Assembly: GCA_900088475.1 (NCBI GenBank)
Contig: FLMG01001623.1
Location: 1 to 64,000, forward strand
DNA from: Hyphochytrium catenoides
Taxonomy: Eukaryota > Protista > Hyphochytriomycota
Direction: 5' to 3'
Length of the DNA: 64,000 bases
Shown here: positions 13,401-25,027 of the stretch, in pieces
Layout: every line of letters begins with the position of its first letter
How positions within the stretch are numbered: position 1 is the stretch's first letter
Notes under the pieces: generated by a model
The model's input: the letters and a program-made list of their open reading frames with translations, nothing else
What the model was told of the DNA's origin: nothing
Databases searched by the model: none
Position numbers and translations under genes: made by a program

Positions 13401-14463
13401 AGATATCGAAGAGAACAGCGGCCTTACTTCCTGCAAGAAGCCGAGTAGGCCCTCGAAGCTAAGATCCTCCTTGTCGAAGGAAGAAACCTCATCCTCTTCA
13501 TTCTTTCCTTTCCTCCCAAGTTTGTGAACCACAATGACACGAGGGAACTTGTCAACATTGAAGCGTTCAATCAGCCTGAATTGACACCCGACTATTGAGT
13601 CCGTGGGGTGTCACCGGTGAGAAAAGGACGGACGTACTCATTTTCTCCCTTCTCCACCTCTGCAAAGACCAAGCCGCGTCCAGACAAGCGAACTGAGAGC
13701 GCTTTGTACATCGGTGCCGTCGTCTTCCTAGAAGTAAAGAGGACAACCGTGGAGTTGCCGCTCTTTTCGTTACGTCGTACGAACGTCTCAAAATCTGCCT
13801 GTTCTCGGGGCAACCCGCTTAGCAGTGAACAACGGAGCTTGATGGCTTCACTTAACTCACCCCTGTAAGTCTTGTCACGGACGAAGGCATAGCTTTTCCA
13901 GCAAATGAGGTAAGGGCTCTGGCGGTCCGTGGCCCGTCATAGATGGCATGCTGAATGACATCTGGTCAGACCACCGCACCTTTCTAGTAGAGGGTACACT
14001 GCTTTCCTTACCTCGCGAAAGATTTTGTTGGTGTACGGATTTTTCTGAGGCTCTGCCGTAAATGCCTGAGGATCGAGAGCCACACTTTAGTGCAGAGTAT
14101 CCTGGCTCTGCGCTTTTCACCTACCAGGATTGTAGGATAGCCCTGAACATTAAAGTGCCTTGCTAGCTTCTCATTCTGCGGCAAAGTGGCATCGATTGCT
14201 GCAAAGTTGGCCAGGTTGTTCATCTCTGTCGCAGCTTTTTCGTATTCGGGAGCTAGCTGCTTGCAGTGTCCACACCACGGGGCGTAGAACTCGACGAGCC
14301 ACATCTCATTACTTTCCATCACTCGGCGATTAAAGTCTTTCTCGGTCAACATAATCACCTTGGAGTTATCATCCTCATAAAATGCAGATACGAAGCTTGC
14401 TGTGCCCGTGAGCAGTAGCAACACCGCCAACCAGCCCCGTGGCCATCTGGCCAGAGGGCCCAT
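10412..14463 (-). CDS. ER protein disulfide isomerase family protein: one WCGHC domain plus several thioredoxin-like domains, KEEL retention signal (multi-exon)
   Basis: Signal peptide MGPLARWPRGWLAVLLLLTGTASFVSA, then WLVEFYAPWCGHCKQLAPEYEKAA and VQGYPTI. Later exons show thioredoxin-fold patterns (TVVLFTSRKTTAPMYKALS, LIKVGAVNCERFVDLC, QFGIAKLPAILAMIP, LCVIGVLNG). Charged tail ends KAKDEKEEL*. Confidence 0.85.
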
Positions 14464-15051
14464 ACTTAGGCTAAAGTAATTAGTAGAGCTAGGGTCTAGG
14501 CGAAGCAGGCGGCGCTTTCTTGCGCTAGCTAAGCTTTTTGGCTGCCAGCCCAATTGTGGTTTGAAGGAGGCGGCTCCTTGGGCAGAGCTTCCGGACGCGT
14601 ATACAAAAAGCCTGTAGGGGATGCCACGTAAACTGATGTAGTGTGATGTGTGATCTGTATGATGATGTTTCGTGTACTCGTAGGACATTTGGTGAATCTT
14701 GTACGCTGTACATCTTGTACACTTGTACAGTAGGTTGTACGCCTTCTGCTTCAACTTGCCCATCTCCTTGTGTGGTAGAAGAACGATCTTCAGATCTCAA
14801 CTGTTTATTTGAACAGTAGTGACGGTGGTGGGCAGGATGAAGCGAGATTGCAAAGATGCAATCTCCTCAACACAGTTCCGTCGTCGCTGGAAACGCTCAC
14901 TGCATGGATGGTATGCCAGTCACTTCTTCATCACTAATTGGCCCTGATGCTATCAAGACGGCGCGGCAATGAGCGCGAGAGTGAAGGAAGGCAATGATGA
15001 CTGCCCTAAAGGTCTCTCTTGAGAATCTACCTTGTCCCATGCCAAAGATTT

Positions 15052-16315
15052 TTAGTGCCTCATCGACTTTGATTTTACCTGGCGCAGCTTCTTCTTCAAG
15101 CTCCATTCAGTGTAAACTACTCTTTTTGCCCGGTCTCGAAGTGACCGTTGCTCGTTGGAAGGAGGGCACTTCGAGTCACTGGCGAGAGGGCCATTCCGTT
15201 CCTTCTTCTCTCGCTTTTGTTCTTCACTGCTGGCGATGGCATTACTACTTCCTTTATTTTCCTTCTCCATCTCGTTGCATGGCTGATTTCGCAAAGATTG
15301 GGCTCGTCCAGAAGGTTGAAACTCCTTCCTTGGTCGAGTTGTGTGAGTACTATTATGCTTGCTGCGTGCCGCCTGCATATGCAAAAAGACGCGAATAAGG
15401 CGACTATGACTTTCACTTGCGTAGTCCTATAATCATACTCCTCGCTCGTACCGTAGCCACTCGGTTGCAGCCTGCCGTCTTGAAGCCAGACTTCTTGTTT
15501 TTTCGCAGCTTGGTGTGGAGCATCACTACAGCAACGACAAGCAACATACAATACGTTACTGGAGAGGGCCTTCATTAGCACAAAGCCCAGGAGGCTGCCT
15601 GTTAGCAATATCTGACAAATTTCTGTATCTTGCTTGAGCAAATCTCGACGGATAAGGGTAAGCTCTTGCTGGGCTGATAATTATAAGGAGATGAAAATTA
15701 GTGTCACATGTGGCAAAGCTAGCGTTACATGTGGCAACGTTAGAGGTCTTAGAACCAGAAATGCGCAGCAGTATGTGACCAAATCGTACCAGCACCTAGT
15801 TTTTGAAGGGCCTCATTCTACAGAGGTGATAGATGGCAGAAACGTCGGGTCAATCCTGGATAACTTGTGTCCATGTGGCTCTAAGGCTAGAGAAGCCTTA
15901 CCAAGGCTTTTGCTAAGTCACGATTTTCCTTCTGAACGGCCGAAAGCGGTGCGTGGTTGGTTCCTTGTGCTATCTTTCGTGGTATCTGCTCCGCATTCTT
16001 TGTCTCCTCTAGTGTCTGCTATCATGTGCTGAATTAGTCCGCTACCAAGCTACTGGGTACAGTGAGAATCAATCTCACCTTGCACCGTGCTTCGCTCCGT
16101 TGCCCAGTCATGGTCGGGGTTGCGCTCAGGCTGCGACGCATCCTCTTCTGCGCCGTTTGGACGTCTGCCACGAGAGCACGATCCGTAAAAAGTTTGTTTC
16201 TGTCTACTGGTGAAGGGTTATCTGTGGCTAGATGTGCAGTGTTTGGCAGTGCTTGGACTGCCTCATTAGCCATAGCAGCAGCATATTGCCTTCGCCCTTG
16301 GTATGTACTCATCAT
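15052..16315 (-). CDS. Hypothetical multi-exon coiled-coil protein (3' end uncertain)
   Basis: Chain of GT-AG-flanked segments, e.g. intron 16078-16016 joins ...EARCK|TLEETKNAEQ...AVQKENRDLAKAL, then NEALQKLG, QQELTLIRRDLLKQDTEI, AARSKHN...KKKLRQ. One donor is unresolved and I recognise no domain. Confidence 0.4.
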
Positions 16316-17246
16316 TCTATGATGCCGGTAGGATTTTTTGCAGAAGGTACATCAACGAGACATCTTCTTCACACTCATCGCATGACGGTTAGTAGACAGT
16401 TGTCGTCAAGAAAGGTCCTCGCTCAAGCAGACAATTATTGTTTATGACCAGCGATGCCTCACAGCGCATACCGTCAAAGCTTCACATTATCATTCAAGAC
16501 CGGAAGCCTCTCAGTAACATTCAAGACCGACAATGATGGTGGAAAAGCGCGCTGATTCACGCTGCAGTAACATTGAGCAATCGAAAATAGATTTTCGTTA
16601 CGATTAAGGACAGCCTTTAAGCCAATCGGAAATCCTTTCTAGTCCGAATTGAGATTCTTAAAAGGTGTAACGCCCATCAGAAAGCGACCTCTAGACGGGC
16701 TTGCCGGTCCCCATTCCTATTCAGATCCTTATAAAGAGTGGTCTTCATGCAGTTCTTATTCGTTCATTTGCGACTGGCAGCGCGGAGAATTTATAAAGTA
16801 AATGACGATTCTGATCAGCAAAAGCCATAGAACTCACCAAGAATCATTCTGGCAAGAAGAAGAAAAACGACACTCCTTGTAATCAGAACGGCGAGTTAAC
16901 TATTCCCACAGCCTCATCTGGCGAATTTCCTATTCCTAACAAGAGACATCTCGAAGTTCTTTGCAGAAACTGTGGCCCATCCACCCTCACCATTGCCTAA
17001 GATAAAATCGTCCCCTCGTCGTTCTCCACCCATCACCATTCCTTCCAAAAAGTAACTTCAACCTTCAACTCCAGCGAGTAAACGGCGGAAGACAGAATCT
17101 GGGGAAGCCTTTATAAGCTCTTTGAAGCTCGTAGCCCGTGTTGCTGGAGCTTCGAGCCTCGGGCATTGCGAGCCTGTTTAGACTTTTCCCTGTTTGTTGC
17201 AAGTCAGCTGCAGATCCTAAGTGATTTGACAGCTCCATTATATACG

Positions 17247-20200
17247 ATGCGAAGCTTTGGAGTAGCTTGGAAGGGACAGGGGCCCGCTAACTTGGCACCT
17301 AAAGCTGGGGATGTCTTCGGCTTTGTTACTTTCAGTGGACGGCAAGTATACGCTCCACTTGCAGCCTTTGGGACACAATCGCTTCAGTCACCACTTAAGG
17401 GGAGATTGGTGATAGTAGACCCACTGGAGGCTGAGGCGACCGTGAAAAACGCTGAGGATGTGAGTCATTTTCACTGAAGTGCCTCTTTATGTTGCTGAGA
17501 ACAGCGCTGCCCTCCAGGTCCGTGGAGCAGTTGCACTGGTCATGCGTGGTAGTTGCACATTTCCTGTTAAGGCCCGAAGGGTTCAGGAAGCTGGGGCTGT
17601 GGCTTTGATTGTCGCCAACAATGAGGCCGATAAGCCCGCAGAGGCGTTCAAGATGGGAGAGATTCAGCCTGGTGAGGCTGCTGACATACGCATACCGTGC
17701 GTCATGCTCTCTTATGAGAATGTTCAGGTTTACCCATCATCGATTGCGAAGTCCATGATACGATATTCTAACTAATTATCTGTAGGAGCTACTCGTGTGG
17801 GCACATTCTACAAACGACGCGAGTGTCTCCCTCGAGTTGTTACTTGGTCGCGAAGCCGCTGTGGCGTTTCAAAGGGAGAAAGAACGGAAAGGGCCCTCCA
17901 TGGTAAGCCATATCCCCTTCCTAGCGTTTGGCCAAAATGACCATCACCTAACAAAAACGGACAGAACATTGATCCTCCACCGTCGCTACTTGACAGCCAG
18001 CTCTTAAGTCACTTTTTTCAAAAGTCTGAACGACTCTTCAAGTTCCTCGAGACCCCTCCAGCACGTAGCCCAGAGGCACCTGCGACAACAGATGAATCCA
18101 GGCATAAAACTGTACAAACTTCAGACTCTTCGAAGACCTCTATTCTCTCACCATCCGGGGCTGGAAATGGCAACAAAGACGAGTCTCATGGGCAGGGTGA
18201 TGGTGCAATGAATGAACATACCACTGCTGCAGCCAGGCCGATGTATGCTTTTGCCCGATGGGCCACTGGCACTAGTGGATTCAACATGCATTACGCCCCT
18301 CTAGCAGATTTTGGTGCCCCTGATTCCTGTATTGTCATAAGCGGCANNNNNNNNNNNNACAATGACCAGCAGTGTCCTCAATCAGCGTTTGTTATGGGCG
18401 TTGATAATCTGCCGGTTGAGCATATCCGCATTCCATCGGCAAGTTTCACAACGCTAGCTAAATGGTCTTACACTACTCTCACACAATGTGCCTGTAGGTC
18501 ATGATCTCATATGAGGTCCATCAGAAGCTCCTTAAGAACTTTCCTTCATGCTTAAGCATTGTGGTTCTCCAGGGGGAGGCTGCAGGCGGCGTACTAGGTA
18601 TTGATGACGCGGAATGGGTCCTCCAGAAGCCAATGAAGCCTCCTAGAACGATGCCACCGCTTCATCGGTAGGTTATAAACCCTACTCTGACTGAAATAGA
18701 GAGCCTTAGTCTATTTACATCTAGGGCTTGCCTTCAGGGCCACGTAGAGTTCGTCGAGCAACTGTTAAAGGGTTCAGTAGAGGTCAATGAGCGGGATCTA
18801 AAGCGCTTCACACCTTTGCATTATGCTGTGATCTCTGGAACCGCGAACGTCGTCGATATGCTGCTTGGGAAGAAGGCAGATGTCAACGCTCAGGTACATA
18901 AACGAATCGCGAGGCCATAATGTTCCAAACTAATCATCTCCGCAGGATTTAGCGGGACAAACACCCCTACATCACGCTTGTAGGGAGGGTGACGAAAATA
19001 TAGTTGAGAAACTCCTTGGCCATATGGCTAGATTCAACGTGCCAGATGTGGGCAAGCAGACTCCACTTCACCTGGCCTGCTCTAACGGAAACACTGCGAT
19101 TGTGGAGCTCCTGATGGCAGCTAGTGCCACGGTAGGGCGCGAGGGAAAGTATGAGTTTCATGGCGTGGACCAGCTGGACGCGGACCAGTGTACCCCTCTA
19201 CATCGCGCGTGTGAGGTAATAAATGACGATTCTCAGAAGCTGCAAGAGATCGGTGGGCTGACGCTATGTACAGGCAGGTAATGCAGAGTCAGCCCTATAC
19301 CTCTTAGCGGCTGGAGCACGGTATGACCTTAAGGATAAGAACGGCAAGACAGCGCTGCATCACGTCTGTCAGGCTATTAACAAGCCGGGGAAGTCAAGTT
19401 CAGCGCTAGAAGTAATTGAGAGGCTAATTTCAATGGGCGCAACAATGGAGGAGCAAGAAGGTCAAAGCGCTGCCCTTGACCTAGTCCAAAACAAACAACT
19501 AAGAAGAGACCTAGAAATCGCTTATCTGCGTAAACAAGCGAACCTTCAGAGACAAGCCTTGGATGTCCTGAGGGAAGATAAGGACAATTTGCAGGTGTGC
19601 GCTATTGCATTCTTCCAATCAATTTTTTTGCAACGCTCTTACGCTGCTGGGATAAACGCAGAAACTGCTGGCAAACTATGTAAGTCAGCAGATTCAAACA
19701 CAATTCAGACTGCAAGCTTCAATGAAAGAGCGCGAGGACATGAAGATACAGTTGCAGTCTCAGAATGTACAGCTTCAGCAACTACAGCTGCAGATGAAGA
19801 CGACACTGCAGTTTCTCCAAAAACTAAATGCAACGGTGGAAAGTAAGTTAACTTATTGAAACGCTAACTCCGCATGAGCTAATGGGGTTGGTTCATCACG
19901 GACTTTAAACAGGCCAAGGTTTAGGTATAAGCGGAGGGTCGGGGTGTGCGCCGCCGACAAGCATTGCTGTTGAGGCGGTTCAGATTTCGGACAACCTCAT
20001 GGATGACGGGAGTCGGGCGGAGGAGTCCGCTCTAGCACGGGATATTGCCAAAAAGCACAGACGTAATAAGGGTAAGGAGACCTCGCTAACTTCAATTATT
20101 GAAGAGGTGTAGTTGACATACTATCCAGACTACCAGAACGCTGTACTATACTTCAGGAAGTCCTTGAGCATTATGCCCTTGCCCGGTGTCCAGAAACTAC

Positions 20201-21937
20201 TTGATAAGGCTGTGGCAGAGTTGAAGGAAGACCAGAAGCGCAAAGCTGCGGAGCGAGCAGCTAGGTACCAACATCGGTGATTTACTGCTGTTCAAGGGCA
20301 TTAGACCTTAAACACGTGTACTTTTAGTCGAAAGGCTGAGACAAAGGAGGGCTTAGTGCGGCGCTATAAGAATACACTGCTTCGCAGCGGGTGCCCTGCA
20401 TCAGCTCTAGAAGCTATTGAGGTAGTTTGAAGGATGGTCTGCACATCTAACTCTATCCGGTCCGATAAAGCTCATTCTTCCTGCAGGCGGAAATCTTGAA
20501 GCTCGATACGTTGGACGAAGGGTCCCAGGAGTACATTTTGGCTAGAGATTGGCTAGACTGGCTTGTAGCTATGCCTTGGGGCGGTGACGTCCTTGAGGCT
20601 GTAAATATAGAAACATTCACGAAGGTAATTTAACTTCCGGCCGAGATTGTTATGTACGCTCGTCGTCTCTTACACGGGTATTCAGCTCGAAGAAGCACAG
20701 AGGCTCGATGAACTCCAGAAGCATAACGGCTTGGCTCTACGGATACAGGTTCAGAAACCCACCAAATTGACACCATTGGCCAAGTCTAACAATTGCGCTG
20801 TCACTCAGTCCTGGTGGAAAAGAGCTAAAAGAGTCCGTGACCAGCAAAGATGGAAATGCGCATCCGGGGTCCAGGCCTTATGGAGAGGATATCGATTGCG
20901 ACAACATCTCCCGTCAATAAGGGAGAAACTTCTTTCGGAGAAAGAGGGGAACGGATCCAGCGATACGGGTAGAGAAGCACTGACTTTTCTGACAGGGCTT
21001 GTAGAGTCTGATCGGGAAGTTTTCCTTAGGATCAATGGGCTATAATGAGGATGAAGACGAGCTGCTCTTTGACGCTGAAAAGGTATTCAGGGAGATGACA
21101 GAAAAGAACCACCTCCTTTTCCCTCCCAGAGAGCAGCTCGCTGAAACTATTGCCGCCGATGTCGACCGCCTTATTCCACCTCGCCTCCGACACTGCAAAC
21201 TGATGGTGGGAGTGCTATTATGGCAGGTATTCGTTGTTCCCTGTATAATGTGAAGCATGTTTTGTTTGCTTGATCAACTCTTCCGTGATTGTGATCATCC
21301 AGTGAAGTAGTTATTGGGTTATGCTTATCTCGTAGTGCCTTCTTCGGTAATGCCATCTCTAGACTCATCTCATACCTACAACATTAAAGCAGTGATTACA
21401 CTTTTCTAAATGGCTTGCTTTATGGTCTCACTTTTAGACTCCTGTCCTGTCCGATTTGGGCGCGGAAGAAAAGGAGCGTTTCCACATTCTTCAAGTGATT
21501 GATGCCAGCTCAGCAACGTTACCTGTTGAACTCGATAGCCAGCCAGCCGACAATCAGGGATATTATTGCTGGAACAGGTTGGAATACCCTCTTTTTGCTA
21601 CCACTGTCCCCTCATCTTCTTGAGGGCTACTGCCCTTTCTTCAACCTTAACGCGTTTCTAAGGAGCGTTTAGTGTATACTGATCGGCCTTCATTATCAGA
21701 TGGGGAGTCATTGGCACCAGGGGCCAGATGTCTATCAAGGGCCCTTACAATTTGGAAGGAGCTATGCGAGAGTTCAAGAAGCGATATTTTGAGAAGACCC
21801 TCAATCAATGGGGAACAGCTAGGGAAGAGTTCGTTCTTAGCTCACACCACTTTAAGCCAATCCTGTTCCCTATCCATGGAACCAAGTCTATCAGTGCGGA
21901 CGACAGAGAAAGAGCTCCACTGGCGGCGGCTTCTTAG
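17247..21937 (+). CDS. Multidomain protein: 2x PA domain, ankyrin repeats, coiled coil, TPR-like helix pair, Lon-type helical bundle, 2x IQ, C-terminal WGR domain
   Basis: About 17 exons joined in consistent phase. PA1: GAVALVMRGSCTFPVKARRVQEAGAVALIVANN...IRIPCVMLS. PA2 is broken by an N gap but ends IRIPS|VMISYE. Ankyrin: TPLHYAV, TPLHHAC, TPLHLAC, TPLHRAC, TALHHVC. IQ: IQ|SWWKR and VQALWRGYRLRQ. WGR: RFHILQVID...YYCWNR|WGVIGTRGQMSIKGPYNLEGAMREFKKRYFEKTLNQW. Stop TAG at 21935-21937. Confidence 0.8.
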
Positions 21938-22301
21938 TGATGTCACCGCTTCGGCCATGTCTTTTAGTATTTATTTTCCTTCGTCATTGTTGGTGAGATC
22001 CTTGGGGACAGTTTCCCGTCTGCCAGGTTACCTCGCACACAGAGCCGCCAGCCCCTTTTCCCCCTCCTCTCACTCTAGCCATTTCTTCCCTGTGACCACC
22101 TGTTGCACCCAATGTCCTCTTACCGTCTCATGTGACTTCTCAACCAACTCTCTTTTAAAATTGGAGGATATCGTTTCCGTGTCATTCGCCATGAGCCAAG
22201 TCTTTCCTCACACTCTTTTACGATCAAATCTATCATTTGTTAACTTTCGTTATGGCATAACAAGTGTACAAGCGTTCGGTTATATACACTAACAAATACA
22301 A

Positions 22302-23009
22302 CTACTCGTGATCTCCATCATGCCCGTGCCCGTGGCACTTGGGAACAATGCAGCCACTAGTAGACATGCAGTCTCTACGATGAAGAGCCACCAGCGTCTG
22401 CCAAAAATGGCAGGCTCTGCACGGTGACTCACCACTAGGAAGGCATTTATGCTGCTTCACCTTCTCAACTAAACGTCTTGTCGAGCGGCAGAGCATCCTG
22501 TCGCAGCCATCGCATGTAGAGATGTGGTGCAGGCCTTTGCGGACCGACTGGACCTTCAAAACCAGTTCTCGAAGCTTTCTATTGCTATCGCAGCGCTGTT
22601 CGAAGGCCTCCAATGTCTGAAAGGCCTTGCTCCGGACGACAACATCCTCTCCCACGTCGCCGCCTCCAACAGCAGGTCGACGGCTGATAGACGAATGGCT
22701 TAAAAGCTGGAAAATGTTGCGCCTCGTACCGACTTCTGAGGGTTTTTTGGGACGCAAGCTGATGACGCCTGGCCTTTTCCTAGCAATTCTAACCTTTCGT
22801 GGTGAATTTTGAGAGGGTACCAGGGCCAAGGGCACGCTTCGCATGACATCCGCTCCGAGATGCGGGAAAGTTGTTGGCAGCTCCTGCTGTAGAGGTGGTG
22901 CCATGCTCTCGGTCCCTGGCTCCAATATCATGGGAATAGCTACAACAACGTCATCTTGCTTCAAGAAGGGAAGCGCTTCGCCAATGGTGTTGTGCTTGAC
23001 AGTCTGCAT
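22302..23009 (-). CDS. Small stand-alone TAZ-type zinc finger protein
   Basis: Single 235-aa ORF. C-terminal LHHISTCDGCDRMLC...QHKC...PCRAC...LVALHRRDCMSTSGCIVPKC follows the TAZ H-x3-C-xn-C-xn-C triplet pattern. Confidence 0.7.
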   Translation of the reverse strand: MQTVKHNTIGEALPFLKQDDVVVAIPMILEPGTESMAPPLQQELPTTFPHLGADVMRSVPLALVPSQNSPRKVRIARKRPGVISLRPKKPSEVGTRRNIFQLLSHSSISRRPAVGGGDVGEDVVVRSKAFQTLEAFEQRCDSNRKLRELVLKVQSVRKGLHHISTCDGCDRMLCRSTRRLVEKVKQHKCLPSGESPCRACHFWQTLVALHRRDCMSTSGCIVPKCHGHGHDGDHE

Positions 23010-23806
23010 GTTGTCCAGAACTTCAAAGCTGCTTTCTCAAAATTGCTCAGGCACGGTCACTGCAAGCCGGCTAGATAGGCCGAGTCTCTTACGCGCAAAG
23101 TGAAGAAGCTGCGTCCTATTCGATACGACGTGGAAGAATGTTGTGTGAGATCGAGTCTCAAGAAGTCTGTGCGGTCTCTTCTTGAGCTTTCGGTTCGATA
23201 GATCGGCAAATGAGATGTGGACTTCTTGATCTCAGAAGGATGTAGAGTTCTTGAGAGCTCAATGTTCGTTGGCAATCTTTTGGCTTTTTGATCGACCGTG
23301 GGTTTTGGGGATTGCCTCCCAGACTCACAGCGCCAAGCTCCACACATCAACAATCTCACCACCGCCAAGTTATTGAGATGACGTTATCTGTGGGGAAGTG
23401 GCAAGACAGAGTTCGTAAGAGGAATGCCTATGATACACTGAAGAGGTGAACGGGCGAGACAGAGGCGTAAAGAGGTATAATGGCAAGCTCTGATGTGGGT
23501 GTAGAGAGTGGCGGTATGTGGACAATAATCATATTGGGTAAAAAGACCTAGCAGACAAGAGACAGAGCATGCGGGAGAGACAAAGCAGACAGAGAAAAAG
23601 CACGGACAAAATGAGGTAGAGACAGAGACAGATAACAAAGGAAGAAGGACGTACAGACGAGAGCCGCAATTTCCCCGAAGGTGGCAGAAGCAAGAGGAGT
23701 TTTCTAGACGACAGAAGAGTTCTAACCTCCCAAGCCAGGCAGAAAAAGGGTCAAGAAAGGCAAGAAAATTCCCCTTCTCCCTGAGGAATCCTAAATCCTA
23801 GCCCTA

Positions 23807-23849
23807 TGATTGGCTAGTTGAGACTGATCTGCAAACTTCTAGCCAATCA
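23807..23849. promoter_or_regulatory. Inverted pair of CCAAT boxes
   Basis: TGATTGGCTAG (23807-23817) and its exact reverse complement CTAGCCAATCA (23839-23849), about 800 nt upstream of the TAZ gene ATG. Confidence 0.4.
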
Positions 23850-25027
23850 GGGATCATTAGGTTCCACAGTCAACCTCTATACTGTAACAGGTTCCTGGGC
23901 TTTGTCCACTTCCCCTGTCCAGAAATCAGTAGTAAAATTCTCAGCAACGTTTCTTTGCCACAAGGAATATTTCGAATGACCTCTGGTTTAGTTATGTCTC
24001 CAGCAATGTAAACAAGGAAACCTTCGTTAGCTATACAACGTGGTGGAATCTTTCAAATGTTATTCTGGGGTTTGAGAGAGTTCTTGTGGTAGTTTTCTGA
24101 GAGGATGTTGAGGGAGAGGAAGGTTAGATGTGGAAGTTGATGAGTGAGAGACAGAGACAAAGAGAGATTTCCCCTGGACTCGTCAAAATAGAAGACAATC
24201 CCATCATTTAACGAGCAAGCCGTGAGACAGACGTTGTAAGAGAGACAAAGACCATACAAAAAGACGTTGGGGGAGTACAAAGATGATGGACCATCGCGAT
24301 GTTGATGCGTGACATTCTGTATGAAGACACAGATCCTTCACAGTAAGAGACAGAGTCGCCATAGGGCCGTCATTATCCTTGAAGAGGCGAGGGAGAGATA
24401 GAGACGGCGGATGCACCAGAGACTCAGACAGATTGGAACAGCGTTGTGTGGACAGTGGACAGAGATCCAGAAGAGAAAAACAGGTGGAGAATTGGGTCGA
24501 GAGCGCGACGAGCTTCCTCCACAAAGAACGCGAGGGAAGAGAAGAAGGAAAGAGGTAGACCCAGTGATATGATGATAGCACTGAGGGTGGGCTCTCCATG
24601 CCGCGGTTGTGACCAGTTGACCATAGTAGTGGCGAACGGGGTCAACGTCCGTGGCAGACATTAGGATAAAGGCTAATTCTGTGCAGCTGAAGTGATTCGC
24701 AGTTGGCGATCACCTCTGCTCTCCAGGAGGGCGGGCTACCCACAATGCCCTGCTGCAGGGATACATGTGCGTGGGGCGTGCGGCCCATAATCATGGACAG
24801 TGATGAAAGATGTGGACAATAGGGCACACCAGCCCAAACCTAACGGCATCCAACCATCCAACTAGTTCAATTATCAGAGCTAGCAATTAGTAGATAAAGG
24901 TACAAGGGATGGGGACATTGAAACGTATCAGCAAGGTGGCGGCGCTAAATAGAGCCTACTTTCCCTGGCTTGCATTCTAAAGCAAAATAAATAAGAGCCC
25001 TCAGTGTGACCTCTTTTCTTTCTCTCT

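Noticed and set aside
14464-14763. N-terminal 100 aa of the 251-aa PDI ORF
   Set aside because: The signal peptide starts at Met 14463; the upstream part is probably untranslated.
15117-15641. CICRRH...RWRRK resembling a SWIM finger of a MULE transposase
   Set aside because: The motif straddles a predicted intron and acceptor and is out of frame with the better-supported exon chain. No DDE domain or terminal repeats were seen.
20341-20624. A separate Lon protease gene
   Set aside because: No AAA+ or protease domain nearby, and the exons are phase-compatible with the flanking TPR and IQ exons.
21438-21937. A PARP gene
   Set aside because: The WGR domain is followed by a stop; no regulatory or catalytic PARP domain.
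21672-22292. 206-aa plus-strand ORF
   Set aside because: It overlaps the WGR exon in another frame and runs through the 3' UTR; no motifs.
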